A program made the position numbers and the translations under genes. Below are positions 28,093 to 40,517 of a stretch of DNA of 50,711 bases, in pieces (position 1 is the first letter of the stretch; every line of letters begins with the position of its first letter). The notes under the pieces were generated by a model that was not told the DNA's origin, ran no database searches, and was given only the letters and a program-made list of their open reading frames with translations. Origin of the DNA: an uncultured bacterium (GTDB taxonomy: Bacteria; Eisenbacteria; RBG-16-71-46); contig CAZUEM010000007.1 of assembly GCA_964619155.1 (NCBI GenBank), forward strand, positions 1 to 50,711, written 5' to 3'.

Positions 28093-29364
28093 ATGAAGCT
28101 CGGCTTCCTGGTCCGCGAGACGTTCGCGATGGCGCGCGGCGCCCTGGTGGCGAACCGGATGCGCTCGGTGCTGGCGCTGCTGGGCGTGGTCATCGGCGTC
28201 GCGACCGTGATCAGCATGGTGTCGCTCATCAACGGCTTCCAGCGCTCGTTCCAGCAGAGCATCCAGTCGTTCGGCAACAACACGATCTACATCCGCCGCA
28301 TCCGGCCCGGCATCAGCTTCTCGGACGGCATTCCCGACAGCCTCAAGCAGCGCAAGGCGTTCTCGATGGAGGACGCGCGCGCGATCCTGGAGCAGGCCCC
28401 CGCGGTGCGCGCGGTCGCTCCGCTCAAATGGCCGTTCAACGACATCACGCTGAACCACCGCGGCCGGAACACGCGCTCGACGTTCGTCTTCGGCACGAAC
28501 GAGGCGTACCTCGTGGCCCACAGCTACGACCTCTCGCGCGGCCGGTTCTTCACGCAGGAGGAGGTGCGGAAGAACGCCAACGTCGTCGTGATCGGCAAGG
28601 ACACGCGCGAGACGCTGTTCGGCACCGCCAGCGGCATCGGCAAGACCATCCGCGTCGGCGGGATCCCGTTCACGGTGATCGGCGAGTTCGAGGAGAAGGG
28701 ACGTTTCCTCGGGAACAACTTCGACGAGGTGGCGTGCGTCCCGTTCACGGCGGTGGACAAGTACTGGGCGGCGCCTTCCGACGCCCCGCCGTGGGTGCCC
28801 CGCAAGGGCGAGCTGTTCCTGGACGCGGTGGCCGTCTCGCCGGAGCAGAGCGAGGAGGCGATGCGGCAGATCTCGGAGGTCCTGCGGGTCCGCCGGCAGG
28901 TGCCGAGCAACAAACTGAACGACTTCGTCGTGTTCAGCGACGACGCGTTCCTGTCGCTCTACAACACGGTCACCGGCGGCATCGTGGCCCTCATGACCCT
29001 GATCTCGTCCATCTCGCTGCTGGTCGGCGGCATCGGCGTGATGAACATCATGCTCGTGGCCGTGACCGAGCGGACGCGCGAGATCGGCGTGCGCAAGGCG
29101 CTCGGCGCCCCGCGGCGGGCCATCCTGCTGCAGTTCCTGCTGGAGTCGGTGCTGCTCACCGCGGGGGGCGGCCTGCTCGGCGTGCTGATCGGCGCGGGCG
29201 TGGCGTGGCTCGTGCGCGCCCTGAGCCCGCTGCCGACGTTCGTCTCGCCCTGGTCGGTGGTCACGGGCCTCGTCTTCTCGGCCGGGATCGGCATCTTCTT
29301 CGGGCTCTACCCGGCGATGCGCGCCTCCCGGCTCGACCCGGTGGACTCGCTGCGCTACGAGTAG
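28093..29364 (+). CDS. ABC transporter permease (FtsX/MacB-type), second paralog
   Basis: 423 aa with the same architecture ([34 protein letters not shown]). Confidence 0.85.
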   Translation: MKLGFLVRETFAMARGALVANRMRSVLALLGVVIGVATVISMVSLINGFQRSFQQSIQSFGNNTIYIRRIRPGISFSDGIPDSLKQRKAFSMEDARAILEQAPAVRAVAPLKWPFNDITLNHRGRNTRSTFVFGTNEAYLVAHSYDLSRGRFFTQEEVRKNANVVVIGKDTRETLFGTASGIGKTIRVGGIPFTVIGEFEEKGRFLGNNFDEVACVPFTAVDKYWAAPSDAPPWVPRKGELFLDAVAVSPEQSEEAMRQISEVLRVRRQVPSNKLNDFVVFSDDAFLSLYNTVTGGIVALMTLISSISLLVGGIGVMNIMLVAVTERTREIGVRKALGAPRRAILLQFLLESVLLTAGGGLLGVLIGAGVAWLVRALSPLPTFVSPWSVVTGLVFSAGIGIFFGLYPAMRASRLDPVDSLRYE

Positions 29365-29394
29365 CCGCCGGGGCCGCGCGCCCGCGCGCGATGC

Positions 29395-29403
29395 TGCTAT
29401 AGT
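29395..29403 (+). promoter_or_regulatory. extended -10 element (TGCTATAGT) just upstream of uvrA
   Basis: TGn at 29395-97 plus TATAGT at 29398-29403. Only 9 nt separate it from ATG 29413, which implies a leaderless or nearly leaderless transcript. No recognisable -35. Confidence 0.3.
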
Positions 29404-29412
29404 CGCGCGCCC

Positions 29413-32289
<2,877 letters not shown>

Positions 32290-32339
32290 CGACCACCGCA
32301 ACCGCTGAGCACGTTCGAACGTCGACGCGGGCCCGGACG

Positions 32340-33383
32340 ATGAAGGCCATCGTCAAGGCCGCGTCCGCACCCGGCATCGAGATTCGCGAGGTGCCGGTGC
32401 CCGTCCCCGGACCGGGCGAGATTCTCCTCAAGGTCAAGCGCGCCGGCGTGTGCGGGACCGACCTGCACATCTGGGTGTGGGACCGCTGGTCGCAGGGGCG
32501 GGTGAAGCCGCCGGTGACGGTGGGGCACGAGTTCGTCGGCGAAGTGGTCGAGCTCGGCCCGGACGTGACGAACGTGAAGCTCGGGGACCTCGTGTCCTCG
32601 GAGAGCCACGTCGTCTGCCACACGTGCACGGCCTGCCGCAACAACCTCGGCCACGTCTGCGAGAACACCCGGATCCTGGGCGTGGACATCAACGGCGGCT
32701 TCGCCGAGTACGTGGCGATCCCGGCCGTCAACGCCTGGCACATCCCGCCGGGCATCCCGATCGAGGTCGCCGCGATCATGGAGCCCACGGGCAACGCGGT
32801 GCACACCGCGTTCGCCGGGCCGCTGTCCGGCTGCAACATCGGCGTCACGGGCTGCGGGCCGATCGGCCTGTTCTCGATCGGCATCGCGAAGGCGGCCGGC
32901 GCCACCCGGGTGATCGCCTCCGACGTCTCGCCGTACCGGCTCGAGCTCGCGCGCCGGATGAACGCGGACGCGGTCATCGACGTCTCGAAGGAGAGCTTCG
33001 TGGACCGCGTGCGCGAACTGACGCACGGCCGCGGCCTGGACGGCGTGCTCGAGATGTCGGGCAAGCCCGAGGCGATGCGCGACGGGCTCATGGCGCTCCG
33101 CAACGGCGGGCGGCTGTCGCTCCTCGGCCTGCCGTCGGAGCCTTTCGATCTCGACTGGAACCGCCTGCTCATCTTCAAGGGCATCACGCTGCACGGCATC
33201 GTCGGCCGCCGGATGTACGAGACCTGGGACCAGCTCGACCAGCTGCTGCGCTCGGGGCGCCTCGACCTGCGGCCGTCCATCACGCACACCATGCCCATGG
33301 AGGAGTTCGACGCCGCCATCGCCCTGCTCCGCGAGGGGCGGGCGGGCAAGGTCGTGCTGGTGCCGTGGGGCGAGAAGGCCTAG
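32340..33383 (+). CDS. tdh: L-threonine 3-dehydrogenase
   Basis: ATG 32340 gives MKAIVKA..., colinear with E. coli Tdh. Zn-ADH motifs [10 protein letters not shown] and [12 protein letters not shown], plus GCGPIGL for NAD binding. An alternative ATG at 32286 overlaps the uvrA stop. Confidence 0.85.
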   Translation: MKAIVKAASAPGIEIREVPVPVPGPGEILLKVKRAGVCGTDLHIWVWDRWSQGRVKPPVTVGHEFVGEVVELGPDVTNVKLGDLVSSESHVVCHTCTACRNNLGHVCENTRILGVDINGGFAEYVAIPAVNAWHIPPGIPIEVAAIMEPTGNAVHTAFAGPLSGCNIGVTGCGPIGLFSIGIAKAAGATRVIASDVSPYRLELARRMNADAVIDVSKESFVDRVRELTHGRGLDGVLEMSGKPEAMRDGLMALRNGGRLSLLGLPSEPFDLDWNRLLIFKGITLHGIVGRRMYETWDQLDQLLRSGRLDLRPSITHTMPMEEFDAAIALLREGRAGKVVLVPWGEKA

Positions 33384-33396
33384 GGGGGGCGCGAAC

Positions 33397-34605
33397 GTGT
33401 ACGACACCCTGAAGCCGGCCCTGGCGGCCGAGCTGGCGAAGATCCGCGACGGCGGGCTCTACAAGGGCGAGCGCGTCATCGCCTCCCCGCAGGGGGCGGC
33501 GGTGCGGCTCGAGGACGGGCGCGAGGTGCTGGTCTTCTGCGCCAACAACTACCTCGGGCTCTCCAGCCACCCGAAGGTCATCGAGGCGGCGCACCGCGCG
33601 CTCGACTCGCACGGTTACGGCATGTCCTCGGTGCGCTTCATCTGCGGCACCCAGGACCTGCACAAGCAGCTCGAGCGCCGGATCTCGGAGTTCCTCGGCA
33701 CCGAGGACACGATCCTCTACGCGGCCTGCTTCGACGCGAACGGCGGCGTGTTCGAGCCGCTGCTGGGCGAGCACGACGCCGTGATCAGCGACGCGCTCAA
33801 CCACGCGTCCATCATCGACGGCGTGCGGCTGTGCAAGGCGAAGCGCTGGCGGTTCGAGAACAACGACATGGGCGACCTCGAGCGCTGCCTGAAGGAGGCC
33901 GACGCCCAGGGCTGCCCGCAGAAGCTGGTCGTGACGGACGGAGTCTTCAGCATGGACGGAACGATCGCCAACCTGAAGGCGATCGTGGAACTGGCCGAGA
34001 GGCACCGGGCGCTGGTCATGATCGACGAGTGCCACTCGATGGGCTTCGTCGGCCGGACCGGACGGGGCACCCCCGAGCTGCACGGGGTGCAGGGCCGCGT
34101 GGACATCATCACGGGCACGCTCGGCAAGGCCCTCGGCGGGGCGCTCGGGGGCTTCACCTCGGGGCGGCGGGAGATCGTCGAGATGCTGCGCCAGCGCTCG
34201 CGGCCCTACCTGTTCTCGAACGCGCTGCCGCCGGCGGTCGTGGGGGCGAGCATCGCCGTGTTCGACCTGCTGTCGTCCACGACCGAGCTGCGCGACCGGC
34301 TCGAAGCGAACACGATCCGCTTCCGCGAGGGGATGACCAGGGCGGGCTTCGAGCTGAAGCCCGGAAGCCACCCGATCGTGCCCATCATGCTGTACGACGA
34401 GCGGCTCGCGCACGACATGGCGGCGAAGCTGCTCGAGCGCGGCATCTACGTCATCGGCTTCTCGTTCCCGGTCGTCCCGCGCGGCCAGGCGCGCATCCGC
34501 GTGCAGCTCTCGGCGGCGCACACCGACTCGCAGATCGACCGCGCGATCGCCGCGTTCACCGAAGTCGGGCGCGAACTCGGCGTGCTGAAGGCCGCGGCGC
34601 GCTGA
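33397..34605 (+). CDS. kbl: glycine C-acetyltransferase (2-amino-3-ketobutyrate CoA ligase)
   Basis: 402 aa. Alpha-oxoamine synthase pattern with [20 protein letters not shown] and the PLP-lysine motif GTLGKALGG. It lies directly after tdh. Confidence 0.9.
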   Translation: MYDTLKPALAAELAKIRDGGLYKGERVIASPQGAAVRLEDGREVLVFCANNYLGLSSHPKVIEAAHRALDSHGYGMSSVRFICGTQDLHKQLERRISEFLGTEDTILYAACFDANGGVFEPLLGEHDAVISDALNHASIIDGVRLCKAKRWRFENNDMGDLERCLKEADAQGCPQKLVVTDGVFSMDGTIANLKAIVELAERHRALVMIDECHSMGFVGRTGRGTPELHGVQGRVDIITGTLGKALGGALGGFTSGRREIVEMLRQRSRPYLFSNALPPAVVGASIAVFDLLSSTTELRDRLEANTIRFREGMTRAGFELKPGSHPIVPIMLYDERLAHDMAAKLLERGIYVIGFSFPVVPRGQARIRVQLSAAHTDSQIDRAIAAFTEVGRELGVLKAAAR

Positions 34606-34685
34606 CGGGCGACGGGTTCCGGGCGACGGGCGCTCCGCGCGGGGCGCCCGCCGCCTCACGCGCCCGCCCCGCGCCCGCCGGAAGC

Positions 34686-34714
34686 TTGACCCGTCCGGGA
34701 GCGCGGCCTACCTT
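34686..34714 (+). promoter_or_regulatory. putative sigma70-type promoter (TTGACC-N17-TACCTT) upstream of gcvT
   Basis: TTGACC at 34686-91, a 17-nt spacer, and TACCTT at 34709-14. CAGGAG follows at 34738-43 and GTG at 34751. Confidence 0.45.
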
Positions 34715-34750
34715 CGCCGCGCACGTCCCTCTCACACAGGAGCGACTCGC

Positions 34751-35860
34751 GTGACACCCGCCACGACACTCAAACAGACTCCGTTCACGGAGTTCCATCG
34801 CGCGGCCGGCGCGAAGCTCGTGGAGTTCGCGGGCTTCGAGATGCCGGTCCGGTACACGGGCGACGTCCGGGAGCACCTCGCGGTGCGCAACGCCGCCGGC
34901 CTCTTCGACATCACCCACATGGGCGAGTTCGAGGTGCGCGGCGCCGGCGCCTCGGCCTGGCTCGACCGGATGGTCACGAACCACGTCGGCGGCATGGCCG
35001 TGGGCCAGGCGATCTACTCGCCGATGTGCCGGCCCGACGGCGGCATCGTGGACGACCTGCTCGTCTACCGCTACGACGACCACTACATGCTGGTCGTGAA
35101 CGCCTCGAACATGGCGAAGGACTTCGCCTGGCTCGACGCGCACCGGCCGGCGGACGTGACGCTGGTGGACCGCTCCGCCGAGACGGCGCTGCTCGCGCTG
35201 CAGGGCCCGAAGGCGGCCGCCGTCCTGGCGGGCGCGGTTCCGCCGGCGGCGCTCGACCTCGGCTTCTACCGGTTCACGACCGGCGCGGTCTTCGGCGCGC
35301 CCGCCACGATTTCGCGCACGGGATACACGGGCGAGGACGGCTTCGAGCTCTACTTCGCCCCGGCGCACGGCGCGCAGGTCTGGCAGGGGCTGGTCGCCGC
35401 CGGCGCTCCGCACGGCCTCGAGTTCATCGGGCTCGGCGCGCGCGACACGCTGCGCCTCGAGATGGGCTACATGCTCTACGGGAACGACATCGACGACACC
35501 ACGACGCCGCTCGAAGCGGGGATCGGCTGGACGGTGAAGCTCGCCAAGGGCGATTTCCACGGCCGCGACGTGATGGTGAAGCAGAAGGCCGAGGGCCTGA
35601 AGCGCAGGCTCGTCGGCTTCCAGCTCGACGGCCGCCGCGTGCCGCGCCACGGCATGACCATCGTCTCGGCGGGCCGGCCCGTCGGCCGGGTGACCAGCGG
35701 GACCTTCAGCCCGACGCTCGAACGGCCCATCGGCATGGGCTACGTCGAGACGCCGCTCGCGGCGCTCGGGACCGACATCGAAATCCAGGCCGGAAACGCC
35801 TTGCTGCCCGCGCGGGTCACCGCGCGGCCGTTCCACACGCGCGGCTCGATCCGCTCCTGA
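34751..35860 (+). CDS. gcvT: glycine cleavage system aminomethyltransferase T
   Basis: 369 aa. FAGFEMPVRYTG..EHLAVRNAAGLFDITHMGEF and YTGEDGFEL are characteristic GcvT motifs. Confidence 0.9.
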   Translation: MTPATTLKQTPFTEFHRAAGAKLVEFAGFEMPVRYTGDVREHLAVRNAAGLFDITHMGEFEVRGAGASAWLDRMVTNHVGGMAVGQAIYSPMCRPDGGIVDDLLVYRYDDHYMLVVNASNMAKDFAWLDAHRPADVTLVDRSAETALLALQGPKAAAVLAGAVPPAALDLGFYRFTTGAVFGAPATISRTGYTGEDGFELYFAPAHGAQVWQGLVAAGAPHGLEFIGLGARDTLRLEMGYMLYGNDIDDTTTPLEAGIGWTVKLAKGDFHGRDVMVKQKAEGLKRRLVGFQLDGRRVPRHGMTIVSAGRPVGRVTSGTFSPTLERPIGMGYVETPLAALGTDIEIQAGNALLPARVTARPFHTRGSIRS

Positions 35861-35872
35861 GCCGCAGGGAGG

Positions 35873-36268
35873 ATGCACGTGGGTTACCCGGACGACGTCC
35901 GCTACACGAAGGATCACGAGTGGGCCCGCGAGGAAGGCGGGCTGATCACGGTCGGCATCACGGGCTGGGCGACCGACCAGCTCGGTGACGTGGTGTTCGT
36001 CGAGCTGCCCGAGCCCGGGCGCGCGCTGGAGGCCGGCAAGGCGTTCGGCGTCGTCGAGGCGGTGAAGACGGTGAGCGACCTCTACGCCCCGGTCGCGGGC
36101 GAGGTCGTGGAGGTGAACGGCGCGCTGGCGGACAACCCGGCGGTCGTGAACCAGTCGCCCTACGGCGACGGCTGGATGATCCGGATCCGGCCGGCGAACG
36201 CCGGCGACTTCGCGACGCTCCTCTCGCACGACGACTACGAGAAGCTGATCGAGGAGCAGCACGCCTGA
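35873..36268 (+). CDS. gcvH: glycine cleavage system H protein
   Basis: 131 aa. YTKDHEWAR and the lipoyl-lysine motif VEAVKTVSDLYAP, then NQSPYGDGWM. Confidence 0.9.
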   Translation: MHVGYPDDVRYTKDHEWAREEGGLITVGITGWATDQLGDVVFVELPEPGRALEAGKAFGVVEAVKTVSDLYAPVAGEVVEVNGALADNPAVVNQSPYGDGWMIRIRPANAGDFATLLSHDDYEKLIEEQHA

Positions 36269-36294
36269 GCCTCCCGCCCGCCGCGGCCCGCGCG

Positions 36295-36843
36295 GTGCGC
36301 CGGGCGGGGGCGGCCCGCCGCCGGGTGCTCCGCCTCCTGGCGGCGGCCGTGGCCGCGGCGGCCGTTGCGGCCGCGCCTGCGGGCGCGGCCGGCGCTCCGC
36401 CGCCGCCGCCGTCGCCGCCTTCGGCGCTGATGTTCCAGGACGTCCCGGGCGACGCCGGGCACGCGCTCGACCTCGACTGGGCGCTCTCGCCGGACGACAC
36501 CGCCGGCGGGGCGGGCGTGAGCGGGTACCTGCTGCTGCGCGCGAACTCGCCGGGGGGGCCGTGGGCGGTGATCGAGTCCGTGGGCGCGGGCGTGCGGCGC
36601 ACGCGTGACGGGGCCGCGCACCGCGACTCGGCCTACTTCTACCGCGTCGTCGCCGTGGGCCCCGGGGGGCGGACGCCGGCCGGCGCGGTCGCGGGCCCGG
36701 CGATCGCCCGCGCGGCCTGGTACCTCACCGAGTGGGCCGCGCTGGGGGCCGCGCTCCTCGTCGGGGCGATCGGCTGGGGTGTGCTCTCGCGCCGCGCCAG
36801 ACGCCCCCGGAACGCGGCCGGGGACGCACCCGGCGAGCCGTGA
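36295..36843 (+). CDS. hypothetical FN3-like exported protein with C-terminal TM anchor
   Basis: 182 aa. Ala-rich signal peptide, a single beta-sandwich-like segment (VSGYLLLRANSPGGPW...AYFYRVVAVGPGG), a TM helix (WAALGAALLVGAIGWGVL) and a basic tail. The stop overlaps the next gene's GTG. Confidence 0.5.
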   Translation: MRRAGAARRRVLRLLAAAVAAAAVAAAPAGAAGAPPPPPSPPSALMFQDVPGDAGHALDLDWALSPDDTAGGAGVSGYLLLRANSPGGPWAVIESVGAGVRRTRDGAAHRDSAYFYRVVAVGPGGRTPAGAVAGPAIARAAWYLTEWAALGAALLVGAIGWGVLSRRARRPRNAAGDAPGEP

Positions 36844-37634
36844 GCGCGGACCTTCCGGTGGTGCTGTGGTGCGATGGGGCGCACCCGGCCCCGGAAAACA
36901 TGCGCCGCGACGCCGCGCTGCTCGCGGCCGCCGCCGCGGACCCGGAGCGGCCTGCGGTGCTGCGCCTGTTCCGCTTCGCGCCCCCGGGCGTGACGCTGGG
37001 CGCGAACCAGCTCCCCGAGCGCGAACTGGACCTGCCGCGCCTCGCCGCGTCGGGGGTGGAGTGGGCGGTGCGCCCGACGGGCGGCCGCGCCATCTGGCAC
37101 GACGAGGAGTGGACGTTCTCGCTCTCGGCGCGGCTCGGGCCCGGGGGATGGGCGGCGGACGCGCGGGCGGCCTACGCGCGCACCTCCGGGCTGCTCGCGG
37201 GCGCGTTCCGGGCTCTGGGCGTGCCGGTGGAACGGTCGGCGGGCTCGCCGCGGGGCGTGGGCGCGCCCCGGGCGCACGGCGGCCCCGCGGCCCCGTGCTT
37301 CGCCTCGACGGCGCGCCACGAGCTGACGCTGGAGGGACGCAAGTTCGCGGGCATCGCCCAGCGCGAGAGCGGCGGGGCGCTGCTGCAGCAGGGGAGCCTC
37401 CTTCTCGGCGAGTCGCACCTGCGGCTGGCCGCGTGGCTGCGCCTCGGGGACGCGGATCGCACCCGCGTGCGGGAGGCGCTCGCCGCCTCGACCGCGCACG
37501 CCGGCCGCTGGCTCCCGCCGGGGACGCCCGTCGGCGTGCTCGCGGACGCGCTGGCCGCGGCGCTGCCCGGCGCCCGGCGCGTGACGGGCCCCGAGGGCGA
37601 CGTGCTCGCGGAAGCTCCCGGGGCGCGCGGGTGA
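36840..37634 (+). CDS. lipoate-protein ligase / octanoyltransferase family protein (BPL_LplA_LipB domain)
   Basis: GTG 36840 within ORF 36732..37634. Motifs RPTGGRAIWHDEEWTFS and LEGRKFAGIAQR (catalytic Lys) match the LplA/LipB fold. It sits in a glycine-cleavage context. Confidence 0.75.
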   Translation: MSADLPVVLWCDGAHPAPENMRRDAALLAAAAADPERPAVLRLFRFAPPGVTLGANQLPERELDLPRLAASGVEWAVRPTGGRAIWHDEEWTFSLSARLGPGGWAADARAAYARTSGLLAGAFRALGVPVERSAGSPRGVGAPRAHGGPAAPCFASTARHELTLEGRKFAGIAQRESGGALLQQGSLLLGESHLRLAAWLRLGDADRTRVREALAASTAHAGRWLPPGTPVGVLADALAAALPGARRVTGPEGDVLAEAPGARG

Positions 37635-37635
37635 C

Positions 37636-37663
37636 GGCGCCGGCCTTGCCTCGACCGCGCTCG
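37636..37663 (+). promoter_or_regulatory. putative sigma70-type promoter (TTGCCT-N16-TATACT) upstream of ABC importer operon
   Basis: TTGCCT at 37636-41 and TATACT at 37658-63. GGAAGGAG follows at 37703-10 and ATG at 37718. Confidence 0.45.
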
Positions 37664-37717
37664 TTCCTATACTCGCGGCGCGCCGGCGGGCGGCGCGCGA
37701 CCGGAAGGAGTCGAGGC

Positions 37718-39541
37718 ATGCGGATCGGACCGAGGTCCCGATGGTTCGCGCTGGCGTTCGCGGCCGTCGCGGCGTCCGCGGGCTGCGGTGGCGGCGCGCC
37801 GCGCGAGGCGTGGGTGGACCGCGAGCCGCTGCCGGCGGACACGATGGTCACGCCGATGGCCGAGCCCGGCGTCCACGGCGGCCGGTTCCGCGTCGGCGTG
37901 TCGTCCCCGCCACGCACCTTCAACCCGGTCGTCGCCAACGAGACGTCGTCGAACGACGTCTGCGGCCGCCTCTACACCTCGCTGACCGACGTGGACTACG
38001 CGACGGGCGGCGACCTGCCGCTCGTCGCGAAGTCCTGGGAGTTCAGCGCGGACGAGCGCACGGTGACGTTCCGGCTGCGGCGGGGACTGCGCTTCAGCGA
38101 CGGCCGTCCGCTCACCGCCGAGGACGTGAAGTTCAGCTTCGACGTCTACATGGACGACTCGCTGCGCTCGGCGGCGCAGGAGGCGCTCACCTGGCGCGAC
38201 GAGCGGACGGGCGAGCGGCGCAAGTTCGCCTACGCCGCCCCCGACTCGTACACCTTCACGGTCACGGGCCCGCGGCCGTACGCGATGATGCTCGCGGCGA
38301 CCGGCTCGATCCGGCTGCTGCCGAAGCACGTGCTCGAGGCGCGCTGGCGGGCCGGCGGCCTCGCGTCGGCCTACAACATCGACACGCCGCCCGAGTCGCT
38401 GGTCACCAGCGGACCGTGGCGGCTGCGCGAGTTCGTCCCCGGCGAGAAGGTGGAGCTGGAGCGCAATCCGTACTGGTTCGGCGTGGACGCCGCGGGACGC
38501 CGCCTGCCGTACCTGGACGCGCTCGTGTTCGTGGTCACCAAGGACCAGGAGAACGCGGCGCTCAGGTTCCAGGCGGGGGAGATCGACGCCCTCGACAACC
38601 TGCGGCCGGCGGACTACCCGGACCTGCTGCGCGGCCGCGGCCGCGGCGAGTACCGGCTCCACGAGCTCGGGCCCTCGTTCAACACCAACTTCCTCTGGTT
38701 CAACCTCAATCCCGCGCCGCGGGGCGCGCCGGGCGAGCCGGCAGTGGGCGCGGTCAAGTACGCGTGGTTCTCGCGCCGGGAGTTCCGGCAGGCGGTCTCG
38801 AAGGCGATCGATCGCGACGCGCTGATCGCGGGGCCGCTGCACGGTTTCGGCTACCGCAACTGGAGCACGATGACCCCCGGCAACCGGCTCTGGCACGACT
38901 CGACGCTCGTCGGCGTGGACGACGACCCGGAAGGGGCGGTGCGGCTGCTCGAGGGGCTCGGCATGAAGGACCGGGACGGCGACGGCGTGCGCGAGGACGC
39001 GTCCGGGCACCCGGTGGAGTTCGCCCTCACCACGAACGCCGACAACCCGTGGCGCAAGGAGATGGTCAACCTGATCCGCGACGACCTCGCGAAGGTCGGC
39101 GTTCGCGTCACGCCGGCGCCGCTCGACTTCAACACCCTGATCACGCGGTACCGGAACGATTTCCAGTACGACGCCATCCTGCTCGGGCAGGGGTCCGCGG
39201 TGCCCGCGGACCCCGGCATGGGCCAGAACGTCTGGCGGTCGTCGGGCGCCACGCACTACTGGCGCGTGCGCTCGCCCTCGCCGGCCACCCCCGAGGAGGC
39301 GCGCGTGGACGAGCTGATGGCCCGCATCGTCTACACGCGCGACCCGGCCGCCCGCCGGGCCGCGTGGGGCGAACTCATGCGCATCGTCAACGACGAGTGC
39401 TGGCTCGTCTGGCTGCCGGTCATGGACCTCAAGCTCCCGGTGCGCTCGAAGTTCGGCAACGTCGCGCCCAGCCCGATGCCGCACCGCGTGCTGTGGAACT
39501 CCGACCGCATCTTCGAACGGCCCGGGGCCGCGAAGCCCTGA
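37718..39541 (+). CDS. ABC transporter substrate-binding lipoprotein, family 5 (Opp/Dpp/Nik type)
   Basis: ATG 37718 within ORF 36605..39541. Lipobox ASAGC. SBP_bac_5 pattern (RTFNPVVANETSSNDVCGRLYTSL, LVAKSWEFSADERTVTFRLRRGLRFSDGRPLTAEDVKFS). Confidence 0.85.
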   Translation: MRIGPRSRWFALAFAAVAASAGCGGGAPREAWVDREPLPADTMVTPMAEPGVHGGRFRVGVSSPPRTFNPVVANETSSNDVCGRLYTSLTDVDYATGGDLPLVAKSWEFSADERTVTFRLRRGLRFSDGRPLTAEDVKFSFDVYMDDSLRSAAQEALTWRDERTGERRKFAYAAPDSYTFTVTGPRPYAMMLAATGSIRLLPKHVLEARWRAGGLASAYNIDTPPESLVTSGPWRLREFVPGEKVELERNPYWFGVDAAGRRLPYLDALVFVVTKDQENAALRFQAGEIDALDNLRPADYPDLLRGRGRGEYRLHELGPSFNTNFLWFNLNPAPRGAPGEPAVGAVKYAWFSRREFRQAVSKAIDRDALIAGPLHGFGYRNWSTMTPGNRLWHDSTLVGVDDDPEGAVRLLEGLGMKDRDGDGVREDASGHPVEFALTTNADNPWRKEMVNLIRDDLAKVGVRVTPAPLDFNTLITRYRNDFQYDAILLGQGSAVPADPGMGQNVWRSSGATHYWRVRSPSPATPEEARVDELMARIVYTRDPAARRAAWGELMRIVNDECWLVWLPVMDLKLPVRSKFGNVAPSPMPHRVLWNSDRIFERPGAAKP

Positions 39542-39548
39542 GTCGCCG

Positions 39549-40517
39549 ATGCGAACCTACGTCCTGCGCCGGCTGCTCCAGGTGGTGCCGCTGCTGCTCG
39601 GCGTCTCGGCGCTGACGTTCGTGCTGCTGCAGCTCGCGCCGGGCGACTTTCTCGCCACGGTCGCGGAGAACCCGCAGGTCTCCGCGGAGACGCTCGAGCG
39701 GATGCGCCGCGAGTTCGGGCTCGACCGGCCGTGGTACGTGCAGTACGGCCTCTACCTGAAGAACGTCTTCCTGCATTTCGACTTCGGGTACTCCTTCGCC
39801 TACCGCCTGCCGGTCTTCGCGGTGCTCGGCAAGGCGGTGCTCAACACGCTGCTGCTGGCCTGCGCCGCGATGCTGGTGACGTGGGGCCTGGCGATCCCGC
39901 TCGGGGTCGCCGCCGCGGCGCGCCAGCACGGCTGGACCGACCGCGCGCTGTCGCTGGCCGCGTTCGTGTCCCTGTCGGTCCCCGAGGTGCTGTCGGGCCT
40001 GCTCCTGCTCATGCTGGCCGCCAACACCGGCTGGTTCCCGGTGGGCGGGATGCGTTCGGACGACGCGGCCCACCTCGGCCCGCTGGCGCGCGCGTTCGAC
40101 GTCGCCCATCACCTCGTGCTGCCGGCGCTGGTCGTCGGGCTCGTGCCGGTCGCCGGGCGCATGCGGCAGATGCGGGCCAGCCTGCTGGACGTGCTGCACC
40201 TCGATTACGTGACGGTGGCCCGCGCCAAGGGCCTGCCGGAGCGGCGCGTGCTGGTCCACCACGCGCTCCGCAACGCGCTCAACCCGATGATCACGCTGTT
40301 CGGATTCACCCTCGGATCGCTGCTTTCGGGATCGTTCGTGGCGGAGACCATCTTCTCGTGGCCGGGCCTGGGCACGATCGTGCTCGACGCGATCCGCGCC
40401 GAGGACCAGTACCTGGTGATGGGCGCGGTGACGATGGCCGCGGCCGTCCTCATGCTGGGCAATCTCGTCGCCGACCTGCTGCTCGCGGCGGCCGACCCGA
40501 GGATCGCGCGTGAGTGA
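39549..40517 (+). CDS. ABC transporter permease (OppB/DppB type)
   Basis: 322 aa. MRTYVLRRLLQVVPLLLGVSALTFVLLQLAPGDF is the canonical DppB/OppB N-terminus. An EAA-like loop is present (YVTVARAKGLPERRVLVHHALRNAL). Confidence 0.9.
   Translation: MRTYVLRRLLQVVPLLLGVSALTFVLLQLAPGDFLATVAENPQVSAETLERMRREFGLDRPWYVQYGLYLKNVFLHFDFGYSFAYRLPVFAVLGKAVLNTLLLACAAMLVTWGLAIPLGVAAAARQHGWTDRALSLAAFVSLSVPEVLSGLLLLMLAANTGWFPVGGMRSDDAAHLGPLARAFDVAHHLVLPALVVGLVPVAGRMRQMRASLLDVLHLDYVTVARAKGLPERRVLVHHALRNALNPMITLFGFTLGSLLSGSFVAETIFSWPGLGTIVLDAIRAEDQYLVMGAVTMAAAVLMLGNLVADLLLAAADPRIARE

Noticed and set aside
26152-29364. Interpreting the ATPase plus two FtsX permeases as the LolCDE lipoprotein-release system.
   Set aside because: The genes are immediately preceded by a TolC-family channel and a HlyD/MacA adaptor, which are not part of Lol. 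This points to a MacAB-like tripartite exporter. A phylogeny would be needed to settle it.
34606-34750. A glycine riboswitch is expected upstream of gcvT.
   Set aside because: I could not find the conserved GGAGAG...CACCGAAGGGGCAA...CUCAGGCAAAAGGAC-type elements on the plus strand. The gap is short (145 nt) and largely accounted for by a promoter-like element. A covariance-model scan would be needed to be sure.
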